Counted from the stretch's first letter, positions 29,512 to 43,900 are shown. The stretch: 64,000 nt of DNA from Candidatus Levyibacteriota bacterium (GCA_036788695.1 DAIQMY010000002.1:130394-194393), one strand, 5' to 3'. The notes: generated by a model from the sequence alone, not told the origin. Translations and numbers: made by a program.

Positions 29512-31736
29512 AAAACGTTAAACTTTCTATAGTAATTGTTAACTACAAAGTTAAGGATAGGGTAGAAAACTGTGTAAAATCTATTCAAAAGTATTTTCGT
29601 AAAATTCCCTACGAAATAATTATTGTTGAGAATGATCCTGGTAGTAATTACTTTTCGGATTTTTCTAAATATGAAAAAGTGAAATACTACAAATCATATA
29701 CGAATATAGGTTTTGGTGCAGGAAACAATTTAGGTGCAAAGTATGCAAAAGGCGAGTTTCTATTCTTTCTTAATCCAGATACAAAAATTCAAAGTGGAAG
29801 TATCACTCAAATATTAGAAGTATTTAACAAAGCATCAACTGGAATTGTCGCACCTCTTTTAGTTACCCCGAAAGGAACACCTTATAAGAAGCAGGGTACT
29901 CGCAAACTGACTCTTATGAATGCGATTTTTTCACTTTCATTTATATATAAATATTTTCCAAACAATAAAATTGCTAGAAATTTTTGGCTCTCAGCATGGA
30001 ATAAAAAGGATAGATGTGAGGTAGACGTAGTACCGGGCACTGCTTTTATTATAAAAAGAAGTACATTTAAATCAATTCGAGGCTTTGATCCAAAGTTTTT
30101 TCTATTCTTTGAGGAAAATGATATTTGTAATAGAGTGAAAATGAAGGGTTTTAAAATATTTATGGACCCCTCCCTTGTTGTTATGCACGAATGGGGAAAA
30201 AGCACTGAGCAAAGAGAAGACACAAAAAAGATATTTGAGACGAGTAGGAGATACTATTTTACAAAATATTATGGATTGGGAGGAGTGCTTATTGACTTAC
30301 TAATTTTAAGAAAATTTGGCTTTTTAAATATTCGATCTATTTTTATACTAGGAGGCAGTATATTTTTATTTTTTACCGCTCTGTTTTTAAGAGTATACAG
30401 ATTAGACGATTTAATGCAGTTTATTCCTGATCAGGGTTGGTTTTATATTTCCGCAAGAGATATGATAGTGACTGGAGTTGTCCCTCTTGTAGGTCCTCCC
30501 ACGTCTCACCCTTGGATACACCATGGTCCATTGTGGACATACGCATTAGCTGCAATCTTATACGTTTTTAACTTTGAGCCAACACGTCCTGGATACGTTG
30601 TCGCATTTTTTGGTGCAGCTACTGTTTTATTGTTTTATTTTGTCGTATCGAAGATGTATACAAAAAAAATAGGTTTTCTTGCTGCTTTTATTTTTGCAAC
30701 ATCTCCCTTAATTGTAATGAATTCACGCATACCGTACCACACGAGTCCAATTCCTTTTTTCGTAATTTTACTTTTTTACCTTGTATACCTTTTTATAAAA
30801 GGGAAACCGTATGTTCTCCCATTTATAGCATGTATTTTATCAATACTTTACAATCTTGAAATAACTACCTTTATATTTCAGATAACAGTTTTAGTAGTGA
30901 TTATTTTTGGAATTGTTAAAAAAAAGGAATGGATGAAAAAGGTGACATTTAAGAACATACTTATATCATTTGTAATGTATATAATTCCTATGATTCCATT
31001 TATTCTCTATGATACGGGGCATGGATATAAGCAGACTGTTGGATTTATTGTTTGGGTTTTGTATAGGGTTATAAAATCCCCTTTAAGTATTTTTCATTCA
31101 CAGTTTTCCTCCCGCACCCCTGTTTCCTCAACGCTGCCAGAATTTTTACTGTATTATCAGCAATTAATTTTTGTATGGAATGGTTTTGTTTCTTTGTTGT
31201 TTCTTGTTCTATCAGTGTTTGGTTTTTGTTTTTTGAAAGTAAAGAAAAAGGATACATCTGTCGTGCTTCTTGCTTTATTTCTTGCTATAGCCTTTATGGG
31301 ATTGTTTATCCATAGAGTTCCAATTGAGGCTGATACTTTGCTAATCTCTCCATTTCTTGTTATATCTTTTGTCCTTTTTGTTAGCTTAATTGCAGAGAAA
31401 TTTAGGCTGTCTCTGATTTTTGTTTTCCTTATTGTATCAATGTGTGTGCTGAATATATTCTTTTTGATGTCAACAAATTTTTATACTACAGGAAAGTATG
31501 GATATAGAATGACGTATAAACAGAGAATGAATGCAGTTGACAAAATAATAAAATTATCGGGAGATCAAAAATATGCTATAGTAGGGAAAGGAGAGTTGAG
31601 TGACTTTCCTGTTTTTCTAGATCCATATAGGTACCTTTTATGGTATAAAGGCAAGCCAACGTCAAATGACAAAAGAGCAAGAGCAATTCAAGTATGGGAA
31701 CAGGAACGATTCATAGACGTATCAATTATAAAATAA
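29508..31736 (+). CDS. bifunctional GT2 glycosyltransferase fused to a polytopic GT-C-like membrane domain
   Basis: N-terminus LSIVIVNYKV...TNIGFGAGNNLG...LFFLNPDT (GT2). From residue ~260 there are at least 12 TM helices resembling the ArnT/PMT family. Confidence 0.75.
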   Translation: MKNVKLSIVIVNYKVKDRVENCVKSIQKYFRKIPYEIIIVENDPGSNYFSDFSKYEKVKYYKSYTNIGFGAGNNLGAKYAKGEFLFFLNPDTKIQSGSITQILEVFNKASTGIVAPLLVTPKGTPYKKQGTRKLTLMNAIFSLSFIYKYFPNNKIARNFWLSAWNKKDRCEVDVVPGTAFIIKRSTFKSIRGFDPKFFLFFEENDICNRVKMKGFKIFMDPSLVVMHEWGKSTEQREDTKKIFETSRRYYFTKYYGLGGVLIDLLILRKFGFLNIRSIFILGGSIFLFFTALFLRVYRLDDLMQFIPDQGWFYISARDMIVTGVVPLVGPPTSHPWIHHGPLWTYALAAILYVFNFEPTRPGYVVAFFGAATVLLFYFVVSKMYTKKIGFLAAFIFATSPLIVMNSRIPYHTSPIPFFVILLFYLVYLFIKGKPYVLPFIACILSILYNLEITTFIFQITVLVVIIFGIVKKKEWMKKVTFKNILISFVMYIIPMIPFILYDTGHGYKQTVGFIVWVLYRVIKSPLSIFHSQFSSRTPVSSTLPEFLLYYQQLIFVWNGFVSLLFLVLSVFGFCFLKVKKKDTSVVLLALFLAIAFMGLFIHRVPIEADTLLISPFLVISFVLFVSLIAEKFRLSLIFVFLIVSMCVLNIFFLMSTNFYTTGKYGYRMTYKQRMNAVDKIIKLSGDQKYAIVGKGELSDFPVFLDPYRYLLWYKGKPTSNDKRARAIQVWEQERFIDVSIIK

Positions 31737-31737
31737 A

Positions 31738-32481
31738 ATGATTACAGCAATTATTCTATGTAAAAATGAAGAAAAAAATTTAACTGAGTGCATTGATTCT
31801 GTTTCATTTTGTAATGAAACAATAGTAATTGATGATGAGTCGAATGATAGGTCAGTGAAGATAGCCAAGGGAAAAGGGGTGAGAATTATATCAAGGCTAC
31901 TTAAAGATGACTTTTCAGATCAGAGAAATCATGCACTAACTCTTGCAAAAAACGAATGGGTTTTATTTGTTGATGCTGATGAAAGAGTAAGTCAGGAGTT
32001 AAAAAAAGAGATATTAGAAACAGTTCCGTCAACCACAAAGGGCGGTTTTTATATAAAAAGGCAAGACACTATGTTTGGAAAAATCCTACGTCATGGAGAG
32101 TTGAGTAACAAGAAATTTCTACGGTTAGCAAAAAAAGATAGCGGAAAATGGGTTGGTAAAGTACATGAAGAGTGGATGGTTTTGGCGGACTTGGGAACTT
32201 TAAGCGCGCCGTTGTATCACTATCCTCATCAAAGCATCACAGAATTCATTTCTGAAGTAAATATGTATACTACAATAAGGTCAAACGAATTATTTAAATC
32301 AGGGAAGAAAACTAACTGGATGCTTATTATTTTATATACAAAAGGTAAATTCATTTACACATATTTTCTTAAGCTCGGTTTTTTAGATGGGGTACCAGGT
32401 TTACTTGTTTCCCTCATGATGTCTTTTCACACGTTTCTTGTGAGGGGAAAGCTTTATCTACTTCAAAAAAATAAAAAATGA
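31738..32481 (+). CDS. glycosyltransferase family 2
   Basis: ITAIILCKNEEKNLTECIDSV...VIDDESNDRS...VDADERV matches the GT2 DxD region. Confidence 0.8.
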   Translation: MITAIILCKNEEKNLTECIDSVSFCNETIVIDDESNDRSVKIAKGKGVRIISRLLKDDFSDQRNHALTLAKNEWVLFVDADERVSQELKKEILETVPSTTKGGFYIKRQDTMFGKILRHGELSNKKFLRLAKKDSGKWVGKVHEEWMVLADLGTLSAPLYHYPHQSITEFISEVNMYTTIRSNELFKSGKKTNWMLIILYTKGKFIYTYFLKLGFLDGVPGLLVSLMMSFHTFLVRGKLYLLQKNKK

Positions 32482-33692
32482 AAAGTTTCCCTTTTTATCT
32501 GCTTATAGCACTATTACCCTTAGGTGTTGTTGCAAGATTTATTGTTTTCCCACAACTTACTGTATCCGTTCTAGATATAGTAATTACATGCATATTGGTC
32601 TTAAACTTTCGCACACTATATAAATTCTTTCATAAAAAACACACATATATAGTTACTTTCTTTCTCATCTTTCTGTTAGGGGTTTTAGGCACTGCAACTC
32701 ATGTTTCGTCTGTTTTTGAATTTTTAGTTAGTTTTTCTTATTCCCTGCGTTTTTTCTCCTACATTCTTCTGTTAATTCCTATACTTTCGCTTTCTCATAA
32801 AAGTATTGAGGTTATGAAAAAAGAGTTATTAGTTTCAGGTTTTATTTTTATTTTTTTAGGCTATGTACAATATCTCTATTATCCCTCCTTACGTAATCTT
32901 TACTATTTAGGTTGGGATGAACATCTATACCGTTTATTCTCAACACTATTGGATCCTAATTTTGCAGGGGTTTATATAGTATTAATATTTTATCTGTTTT
33001 TATCATTTGTTCTTGAATTTAAAAAAAGAACTGTACTAAAAAACTTTTTATTTCTTCTTATCGGATCTATCTACATCCTTCCTGCATTCTTTTTGACATA
33101 CTCAAGAAGTTCCTATATTGCATTTATAGTATCTTGCTTGTTGTTTGCTTACATAATTGGTAAAAAGAAACTTTTGCTAATACTTTTTTGTATATTTATA
33201 GTAGGAATATTCCTGCTTCCTAAAAATAGTGGAGGAGAAGGAATAAATTTGCTTAGAACTTCATCAATTTTTGCACGAGTAGATGCGGTACATAATGGGC
33301 TAGATATATTTATGACGAGTCCTGTAATAGGTGTGGGGTTTAATACATTACGATTTACTTATATAAAATTAGGGTTGATCTCACCCATGGACTCAATAAC
33401 CTCACATTCTGCAAACGGAATACCGAATAGTTATGTTTTTATTCTTGCAACAACGGGAGTTTTCGGCTTTCTACTATATTCCCTTTTGGGAATCCGTTTT
33501 ATACGGGATACTATTCACAAGACGCGACAAGGGGAAAGGTACACGTATATGGGTGGCGCAATTGTCGCATCTTTATGTGCAATTTTAATTCAAAGTTTTT
33601 TTGAAAATTCACTTTTCTACACACCCTTTCTACTTTGGATGGTTTTGGCTTGCGGAATATTTTTTAATAAAAGCAATAATACAAAGAAGTAA
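32478..33692 (+). CDS. O-antigen ligase/polymerase-like membrane protein (Wzy_C)
   Basis: About 11 TM helices with a periplasmic loop containing YSRSSY..., as in the Wzy_C/O-antigen ligase family. Glycan-locus context. Confidence 0.6.
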   Translation: MKSFPFYLLIALLPLGVVARFIVFPQLTVSVLDIVITCILVLNFRTLYKFFHKKHTYIVTFFLIFLLGVLGTATHVSSVFEFLVSFSYSLRFFSYILLLIPILSLSHKSIEVMKKELLVSGFIFIFLGYVQYLYYPSLRNLYYLGWDEHLYRLFSTLLDPNFAGVYIVLIFYLFLSFVLEFKKRTVLKNFLFLLIGSIYILPAFFLTYSRSSYIAFIVSCLLFAYIIGKKKLLLILFCIFIVGIFLLPKNSGGEGINLLRTSSIFARVDAVHNGLDIFMTSPVIGVGFNTLRFTYIKLGLISPMDSITSHSANGIPNSYVFILATTGVFGFLLYSLLGIRFIRDTIHKTRQGERYTYMGGAIVASLCAILIQSFFENSLFYTPFLLWMVLACGIFFNKSNNTKK

Positions 33693-33696
33693 GATT

Positions 33697-34416
33697 TTAT
33701 GGTTTATAGGTTACTTTAATTTTCTTTTCCGTTTCTTGACCTGATTTCCCTTGGGTTTTAATACTTAATTCGTTTTCGCCTTCGGCTAAATTGAGGTAGT
33801 AAGAAAAGTTACCATTCTCGTCAACAACTGCCCGAAACCCATTCACTGTAATATTTGAATCTGGGTCTGTTACACCCTGAACAGTTATTGTTTGATCTCC
33901 CCTTCCAAATTGTTGTCCTTCAGTAGGACTTGTAACATCTAGTTTTGGAGCACCTTTGCTTTGAGAAACGTAGTAACTTCTTGTATATGAACTATACTCA
34001 TTCCCCCTTTTTATCCGAGCACGAATAATATTTTGACCCTCAGTTAGTTTTACGTTTTCAAATAAAAATTTTTGGTCGTCAGCCAGAATTGCCGTATCGG
34101 AAAGCTCATCATTTACATAAAGTTCTACCTGTGCATCAGAGTATGTTGAAGATCCTGAGATGGTAATATGTGCGCTTACGGTAGCGCTCGGAAGTGAGTC
34201 AATAAAAGGAGCTTCCAGCGTACTGTCTTCACTCGCGGTTACTTCTGTTGTATTTTTTCTGAATACAGAGGTAAGAGAAGAGACAGAATCAAGTAAAAGT
34301 GGACCAAATTGAAATGCTACGAAAAGGAGTAAAAAAATTGCAATAATGAAGAAAAAAATTTGTTTTTTAGTCTTTTCTTGAGTTGTTCTGGAAAAGCGAG
34401 ATTGTTTTGCTTGCAT
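33697..34416 (-). CDS. membrane-anchored protein with Ig-like/beta-rich extracellular domain
   Basis: N-terminal TM anchor; Ser/Thr-rich beta-strand repeats (TVQGVTDPDSNITVNGF). Confidence 0.45.
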   Translation of the reverse strand: MQAKQSRFSRTTQEKTKKQIFFFIIAIFLLLFVAFQFGPLLLDSVSSLTSVFRKNTTEVTASEDSTLEAPFIDSLPSATVSAHITISGSSTYSDAQVELYVNDELSDTAILADDQKFLFENVKLTEGQNIIRARIKRGNEYSSYTRSYYVSQSKGAPKLDVTSPTEGQQFGRGDQTITVQGVTDPDSNITVNGFRAVVDENGNFSYYLNLAEGENELSIKTQGKSGQETEKKIKVTYKP

Positions 34417-34419
34417 ATC

Positions 34420-34851
34420 TTATTGATTTGGCCTATGTGGTCTTCTTATTTTTTGTGCAACTTTTAATTCTAATATTGATTTTCTCAGTTCTTTATCTTC
34501 CATTATAAAATCCTGTGCTTCTTGTTTATTGTGCTTTGCTTCTTCTGCTCTTTTTTTTGCTTCTTCTGCTTTTGCGATCTGAATTGAGTCCGCCTGAATA
34601 GCATAGTCTGAGATGATGCTTACTTTATCGTCTGAGACATCTACTATTCCTCCTAAAACTGCCATAAGAGTTTCTTTGCCATCCTTTATAATGGTTGCCT
34701 CGCCGTCTCCTAGTTTTGCATAAAGTGGTACGTGATGAGGCAGAATAGCGATTTCTCCTGTGGGAGTAGGTAATCTTACCTCATCTACGCTATCCTGGTA
34801 GATTATTCCATCTGGGGTTACTATTTCAAAATGAAACTTTGAGTTTGCCAT
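34420..34851 (-). CDS. atpC: F1 ATP synthase epsilon subunit
   Basis: FHFEIVTPDGIIYQDSVDEVRLPTPTGEIAILPHHVPL is the epsilon signature. It is last in the operon. Confidence 0.9.
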   Translation of the reverse strand: MANSKFHFEIVTPDGIIYQDSVDEVRLPTPTGEIAILPHHVPLYAKLGDGEATIIKDGKETLMAVLGGIVDVSDDKVSIISDYAIQADSIQIAKAEEAKKRAEEAKHNKQEAQDFIMEDKELRKSILELKVAQKIRRPHRPNQ

Positions 34852-34865
34852 GGGGAACGTATATA

Positions 34866-37111
<2,246 letters not shown>

Positions 37112-37147
37112 TTTAGTAAGTATCAGAAAAAATTCTGTAACCTTTCT

Positions 37148-38689
37148 CTAGATTAGTGTTTTTTTAAATTCAGTAATAGATTTTTTTAATTCCTCTTGAA
37201 GTTTCTCATCAAGTTTTTCTCCTTTTTGAAGCGCATCGACAGATTTTTTTGCTCTCGTTTTAACAAAAGACGAAACCTTCTCTTCAAACATGCGAAGTTT
37301 TTCAACAGGGAAATCATCAAGCACGCCACTAGTTGCTGAATATATACTTATTATTTCTGACACCTCATCAAGTGGTTCATATTGTGGTTGATTTAACATT
37401 GCACTTACTCTTTTACCCCGTTCTATCTGTTTCTGTGTGGCTTCGTCTAGGTCTGATCCGAATTGTGCAAATGCAGCAAGAGATCTAAATTGAGCTAATT
37501 CAAGACGAAGCGGTCCCGCAATTTGCTTCATTCCTTTTGTTTGAGCTGCCCCCCCAACGCGCGAGACAGAAAGTCCTACATCCACGGCAGGTCGTGTTCC
37601 TGAGTTGAATAAATCAGTTTTAAGATAAATCTGTCCATCAGTTATGGAAATGACGTTTGTTGGAATATAGGCAGAGATATCATCAGCTTGAGTCTCAATT
37701 ATAGGTAGAGATGTAATTGATCCTCCTCCGTTTTCTTTCGACATTCTAACCGAACGTTCTAGTAATCGTGAGTGAAGGTAAAAAATATCTCCTGGATATG
37801 CCTCACGTCCTGCTGGCCGGCGAAGAATTAGTGAGATTTGGCGGTAGGCATTTGCATGTTTTGAAAGATCATCATACACAAGAAGTACATCCTTTCCTTG
37901 CTCCATGAAATACTCTCCAATTGCTGTAGCGGTAAAAGGCGCAAGAAATTGAAGGGAGGCTGGATCAGAAGCGGATGCAGTAACTACAATTGTGTAGTCC
38001 ATTGCACCATCTTTTTCAAGAATAGCAATTGTTTTAGCAACATTACCTCTTTTTTGACCAATAGGACAATAGATGCAAATAACCTGTCTGAGTCCTAAAT
38101 CTTTTTTCTTTTGGTTGAGAATTGTATCTATTGCAATTGCTGTTTTACCAGTATTTCTATCCCCAATGATTAGCTGTCTTTGACCACGTCCAATAGGAGT
38201 CATTGCATCAATTGACTTAATCCCAGTTTTAAGAGGGGTATCAACCGGTTCACGCTCAACTATTCCTGCAGCAATTCTTTCAAGAAAGTATTCTTTTCCG
38301 TGTACAATCTTTAGTGCCTTGCCGTCTAGCGCGTTTCCTAATGGGTCAATTACACGTCCTATAAGTTCATCAGACACATTTATGCTCAGAATTTTTCCAG
38401 TTGTTTTTACTTTTTGCCCCTCCTGAACTTTGTTATCTGCAGTGAAAAGAATAATAGAGACTTCATCCTCATCAAGATTTAAAACCAGACCTCTTGTTTT
38501 GTCTTCAAATTCGACTTCTTCGCCAAATCCTGCTTTTGTAAGCCCCGTTGCTCTGACGATTCCATCACCCACAAATGTGACAGTTCCAATATTCTCAACT
38601 CCTGCACCTACCTGGAGACCTGAAAGCTTTTTTTCTATTTCAGAAATAAAATCTTCTGTTGTAAATGTTTTTTTGTCGTTTTTAGCCAT
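37148..38689 (-). CDS. atpA: F1 ATP synthase alpha subunit
   Basis: P-loop GDRNTGKTAIA. Confidence 0.95.
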   Translation of the reverse strand: MAKNDKKTFTTEDFISEIEKKLSGLQVGAGVENIGTVTFVGDGIVRATGLTKAGFGEEVEFEDKTRGLVLNLDEDEVSIILFTADNKVQEGQKVKTTGKILSINVSDELIGRVIDPLGNALDGKALKIVHGKEYFLERIAAGIVEREPVDTPLKTGIKSIDAMTPIGRGQRQLIIGDRNTGKTAIAIDTILNQKKKDLGLRQVICIYCPIGQKRGNVAKTIAILEKDGAMDYTIVVTASASDPASLQFLAPFTATAIGEYFMEQGKDVLLVYDDLSKHANAYRQISLILRRPAGREAYPGDIFYLHSRLLERSVRMSKENGGGSITSLPIIETQADDISAYIPTNVISITDGQIYLKTDLFNSGTRPAVDVGLSVSRVGGAAQTKGMKQIAGPLRLELAQFRSLAAFAQFGSDLDEATQKQIERGKRVSAMLNQPQYEPLDEVSEIISIYSATSGVLDDFPVEKLRMFEEKVSSFVKTRAKKSVDALQKGEKLDEKLQEELKKSITEFKKTLI

Positions 38690-38733
38690 ATATTATTTAG
38701 ATTAGGTTACGTTTAGAAACTGAGCTTGCTTGT

Positions 38734-39090
38734 TTATAGTTCCTCTTCTATCTCCTCAGCAAGCTTTTCTATTTTAGATTTTACAGACAGGTCATATATC
38801 ATATCATATGCTTGTACTTTTAGTCCTGCCCCAATTTTATTATTTATCACAGTTTCAATTTTTTTTCCAGAGAAGAGGGTGGCAAGCTCAGATTTATTGC
38901 TTTTTGACAATTCGTCTGCGCTTGTGACTCTCATAGTTACTTTTTCATCCTCAAGAACCATTATTTCCATAAGTTCCCTCAATTCCTTAGGTGTTAAAAC
39001 TTTAGTAAGACGCTCTGATTGAGCTTTTGATATCCCTCCATTTTGAGCGATTGTTCTTGCTAAATTTTTAAGTAGATATGTATTTTTCAT
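38734..39090 (-). CDS. atpH: ATP synthase delta (OSCP) subunit, N-terminally abbreviated
   Basis: The C-terminal 70 aa align to the OSCP C-domain (VTSADELSKSNKSELATLFSGKKIETVINNKIGAGLKVQAYDMIYDLSV). It is only 118 aa and overlaps atpF by 4 nt. Confidence 0.55.
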   Translation of the reverse strand: MKNTYLLKNLARTIAQNGGISKAQSERLTKVLTPKELRELMEIMVLEDEKVTMRVTSADELSKSNKSELATLFSGKKIETVINNKIGAGLKVQAYDMIYDLSVKSKIEKLAEEIEEEL

Positions 39091-39590
39091 TCGGTTTCCT
39101 TGAGAACTTTTATACTTCTTGTGAGTATCTTGTCGCGTTCATCTTTTGTAAACATTTTTTCCATAACTTTTTCAAGAAGTGCCAAAGAATTATCTAAGGA
39201 AGCCTTTTTGGCTCGTTTTTCCATGTCTTCCATCTGTAGATCAGCCTGTTTTTTAGCCTCTAAGATAATTTTATCTGATTCATTTTTTGCCTCCGTTAAG
39301 ATTTTTTCGCGCAACGAGTCTGCTGCCTTCTTTGTTTCTTCAAGGATATGCTCAGCTTCGCGTCCTGCCTTTGTAATAATTGCTTCTTTTTGTGCTTCCG
39401 CGTTTTCGCGATCCTTTGCTGCCATTTCAGCGTCTCTCAAGCCTTTTTCAATCGTGTGCTTTCGATCTGACAAGACCTTTAAGATAGGTTTATAGAGAAA
39501 CTTTTTAAAGATAAAGGCAAGTATTAAAAAGTTTACAATTTGTGCAATAAACAAAACCGGTTCAAATCCGAATTGATTTAATATTTCCAT
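39087..39590 (-). CDS. atpF: Fo ATP synthase subunit b
   Basis: A single N-terminal TM helix, then a long charged coiled-coil. Confidence 0.75.
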   Translation of the reverse strand: MEILNQFGFEPVLFIAQIVNFLILAFIFKKFLYKPILKVLSDRKHTIEKGLRDAEMAAKDRENAEAQKEAIITKAGREAEHILEETKKAADSLREKILTEAKNESDKIILEAKKQADLQMEDMEKRAKKASLDNSLALLEKVMEKMFTKDERDKILTRSIKVLKETE

Positions 39591-39736
39591 TTAAATAGTT
39601 CCTTTCATCACTACTATACAAACAAAAACAGTGTTATACATATGATTCACTGTCATTGCAAGACGCCCAAGCAAATCTACATTTCTTAAGAGCCTTATAA
39701 TGACAGCGAAATTCAAAAATGAATTTCACCTGTCAT

Positions 39737-40695
<959 letters not shown>

Positions 40696-40930
40696 TTTTT
40701 TAAATTATTTCTATAGAGTAACGTTCTATATTACGGATGAACAGCAAAAATCTCAATTGATCCTGAGCGAGACTTGCAAGCTAAAGGAAAATCTTGAGAT
40801 CGAATACATTATAAAAAATGGGTAAAAGCAAGTCAACTGGGGAAAAATTTGGTGGCGCATGTGGCGCACAAGATGATTACTGAAATTTGATAGTGGTTGG
40901 TTTAGGAATATAGTCTGAGATGATGCTTCG

Positions 40931-43900
40931 TCAGTTTGTGAGACGCCTTACTGTATCAACAATAATAACTGGTCGTTCATCTTTAAATTGAAGTTTTCCC
41001 TCGACTATCACAATTGCGTCCCTGATAAGTACTTGCTTTATTTCTTCGTATGTTTTGGGAAAGACAACACATTCTATATTTACACCTGCACTGTCCTCAA
41101 TTGTTACAAATGCCATTTCCTGGTTTGATTTTTTTGTTATTATTTTTTTAACTGATGATACGAGTCCGCCTATTTTGAGAGGACTTCCTTCCCTTTCTTC
41201 CTCAAGTTCAGTTAGTTGATGGGTTATGTAGCGTGCGATGTTTTCAAGCTCCTGACTGAGCGGGTGATTTGTAAGAAAAAAACCTAAAAGTTCTTTCTCA
41301 AACATTAATTTTTCCTTTTCAGAAAACTCCTCGACATCATAGAGCCCCAACATGGCAACTTCATCTGCAGCTGTATCCGTTTCCCCAAAAAGATTTCCCT
41401 GGTTTCGGGCAACATCTTTTTGTTGTCTTGATATTTTTTCAACAAGCTCTGGGTATGAGGATAGAAGTGATGACCGTTTCCCAAACTCATCCAGTGCTCC
41501 TGCCTTGATCATGCTTTCCATGGTTTTCTTGTTTACCTTTGATAGATCAACCCTTGAAAGAAAGTTTGATAGAGAGGTAAAATTATCAGCTTTTCTTGCC
41601 TCTTGTATGCTCTGTATAGCGGCGCTTCCGACATTTTTAATAGCAGATAGCCCAAATCTAACCTTATTTTCCTGAATAGAAAATTCAGCGTCAGAAAAAT
41701 TGACTGAGGGCGCAAGTATGCTAACGTTTAGCCTCTTACATTCGGCTACAGCTTGAGCTATTTTCTCGTTTTTAACCGGTCCTGTTGTGCCGCGGGATTC
41801 AGCAGTCAAGAGAGCAGTCATAAATTCGACAGGAAAATGCGCCTTAAGATATGCTGTCCTAAAAGCTATAGTTGCATAGCATGCCGCATGAGCTTTGTTA
41901 AATCCGTAACCCGCAAAGGGGGCAATGAGTTCGTAGATTTCCTCGGCCTTTTTTTGAGTCAAGCCATTTTTAACGGCACCGGAAAGAAAGATATCTCTTT
42001 GTTTTTTCATTTCAGCAGGAATTTTTTTACCCATAGCCTTCCGGAATTTATCAGCATCGAGCCAACTATAGCCTGCAAGTGCAATTGTAGTCAGAAGTAC
42101 GTCGTCTTGAAACGTAAGTATACCGTAGGAATTTTTTAGTATATCGGCAAGTCGTGGATCTGGATAGCTTATTTTTGTAGGGTTATGTTTTCTTGCGATA
42201 AATTCAGGAATGTTTTGCATAGGTCCTGGTCTATAGAGGGCAACCATAGCCATAAGGTCAAATATGCTATTAGGTTTTAGTTCTTTAATGTATCTTCTCA
42301 TACCCGCTGATTCCAGTTGAAATATTCCGGTAGTTTCAGCTGAGGAAAGTAGATCATATGTTTTTTTATCATCCAACGGAAGTTGGGAAACATCTATTAC
42401 CACATTTTTATTTTGTTTTATAAATTTGAGCGATTCCTCAATAATAGTTAAATTTCGTAGACCTAGAAAGTCCATTTTTAAGAGTCCGACACCGTCTTCT
42501 CCCACCGTATACATGTCATATTGAGTGACGATTTTTTCGCCGTTTGTTTCCCTTTGCAGCGGGGTGTAGTCAGTCAGTGGCTTATCTGCAATAACTACAC
42601 CTGCTGCATGAACTGAAGCATGGCGTGCCACCCCCTCCAGTTTTGTTGCAACGTCTAATAGTCTTTTTGTCTCCTGTTCTGTAAGATACGCACGTTTGAG
42701 ATCGGGAGACTGTTCAAGAGCTTTTGACAAGGTCATGGCATGTCCCTGCCATCCGGGTGGGATCATCTTGGCAATCCTATCTGGCGCGGCATAGGGCATT
42801 CCCAGTGCGCGTCCTGCGTCTCGTACGGCACCACGTGCTTCCATAGTTCCGAAAGTAATGATTTGAGCTACTTTGTCTTCCCCATATTTCTGGGTAACAT
42901 AGGAAATGACTTCATCACGTCTTGTATCTGCAAAATCCAGGTCAATGTCAGGGGCAGACGGTCTATCCGGATTTAAAAATCTCTCAAATGGTAAGTTAAA
43001 ATAGAAGGGATCAATGTCTGTAATGTTAAGTGCGTAAGATACTACAGATCCAGCAGCTGATCCACGACCAGGACCTACGCTTATTCCATGACTTTTTGCC
43101 CAACTTACAAAGTCAGCCACAGTAAGAAAATAAGTCTCATATCCTTTCTTCAAAATAACAGCCAATTCATAATCCACTCGCTCGCGTACTTTCTGTTCAA
43201 TCTTTCCGTATCTTGCCATAAGACCTGTATCAACCAGTTCTTTTAGGTGTTCGCCTGTTGTCTTTCCCTTTGGTACTTTAAATTTAGGTAAAATCCATTT
43301 TCCAAGAGGAATTTCAACGTTACATCGTTCGGCTATTTTTACTGTATTTGAAATTGCTTCAGGATATTGAGCAAATAAGCTTTCCATTTCTTCTGGTGAC
43401 TTGATGTAAAAATCAGGAGAGTTTATCATCGATAATTTTCGATTGTCATCAAGTAGAGTAGTTTGTGTTTGAATAGCGAGCAAAATTTCTTGCGCCTCCG
43501 CGTCATTTTTATGTGTATAGTGATTATCGTTTGTCGCGACAATAGGTACACCCATTTTTTTTGAAAGCGCAATAAGCGCTTTATTTAGTGGTTCTTGGGG
43601 TGGGACATTAAGATGTTTCTGTAATTCCAGGTAAACATTATCATCTCCATATATTGTAAGAAGTCTTTTAAGTCTTTCTTCAGCTTCATCATTTTTGCCT
43701 TGGAGTAGTGGGTCCCCTATATATCCATTTACGCATGCAGTAAGACAAATAAGTCCTTCGGAGTATTTTTCTAGCAGTGGAATATCAACTCTTGGCTTAT
43801 AATAATACCCCTCGAGATTTGCAACAGATACTATTTTCATTAAATTTTTATATCCAGAATTATCTTTTGCAAGAAGTATTAAGTGATTATATTCATTATC

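Noticed and set aside
39100-39495. 131-aa plus-strand ORF
   Set aside because: It is antisense to atpF. Its Ser/Ala-rich low-complexity translation reflects the coiled-coil codon bias of the opposite strand.
40696-40930. 235-nt intergenic region between atpB and dnaE containing a GTGGCGCATGTGGCGCAC near-repeat
   Set aside because: It is a short imperfect repeat with no recognisable operator or riboswitch pattern. It is most likely the atp operon promoter region.
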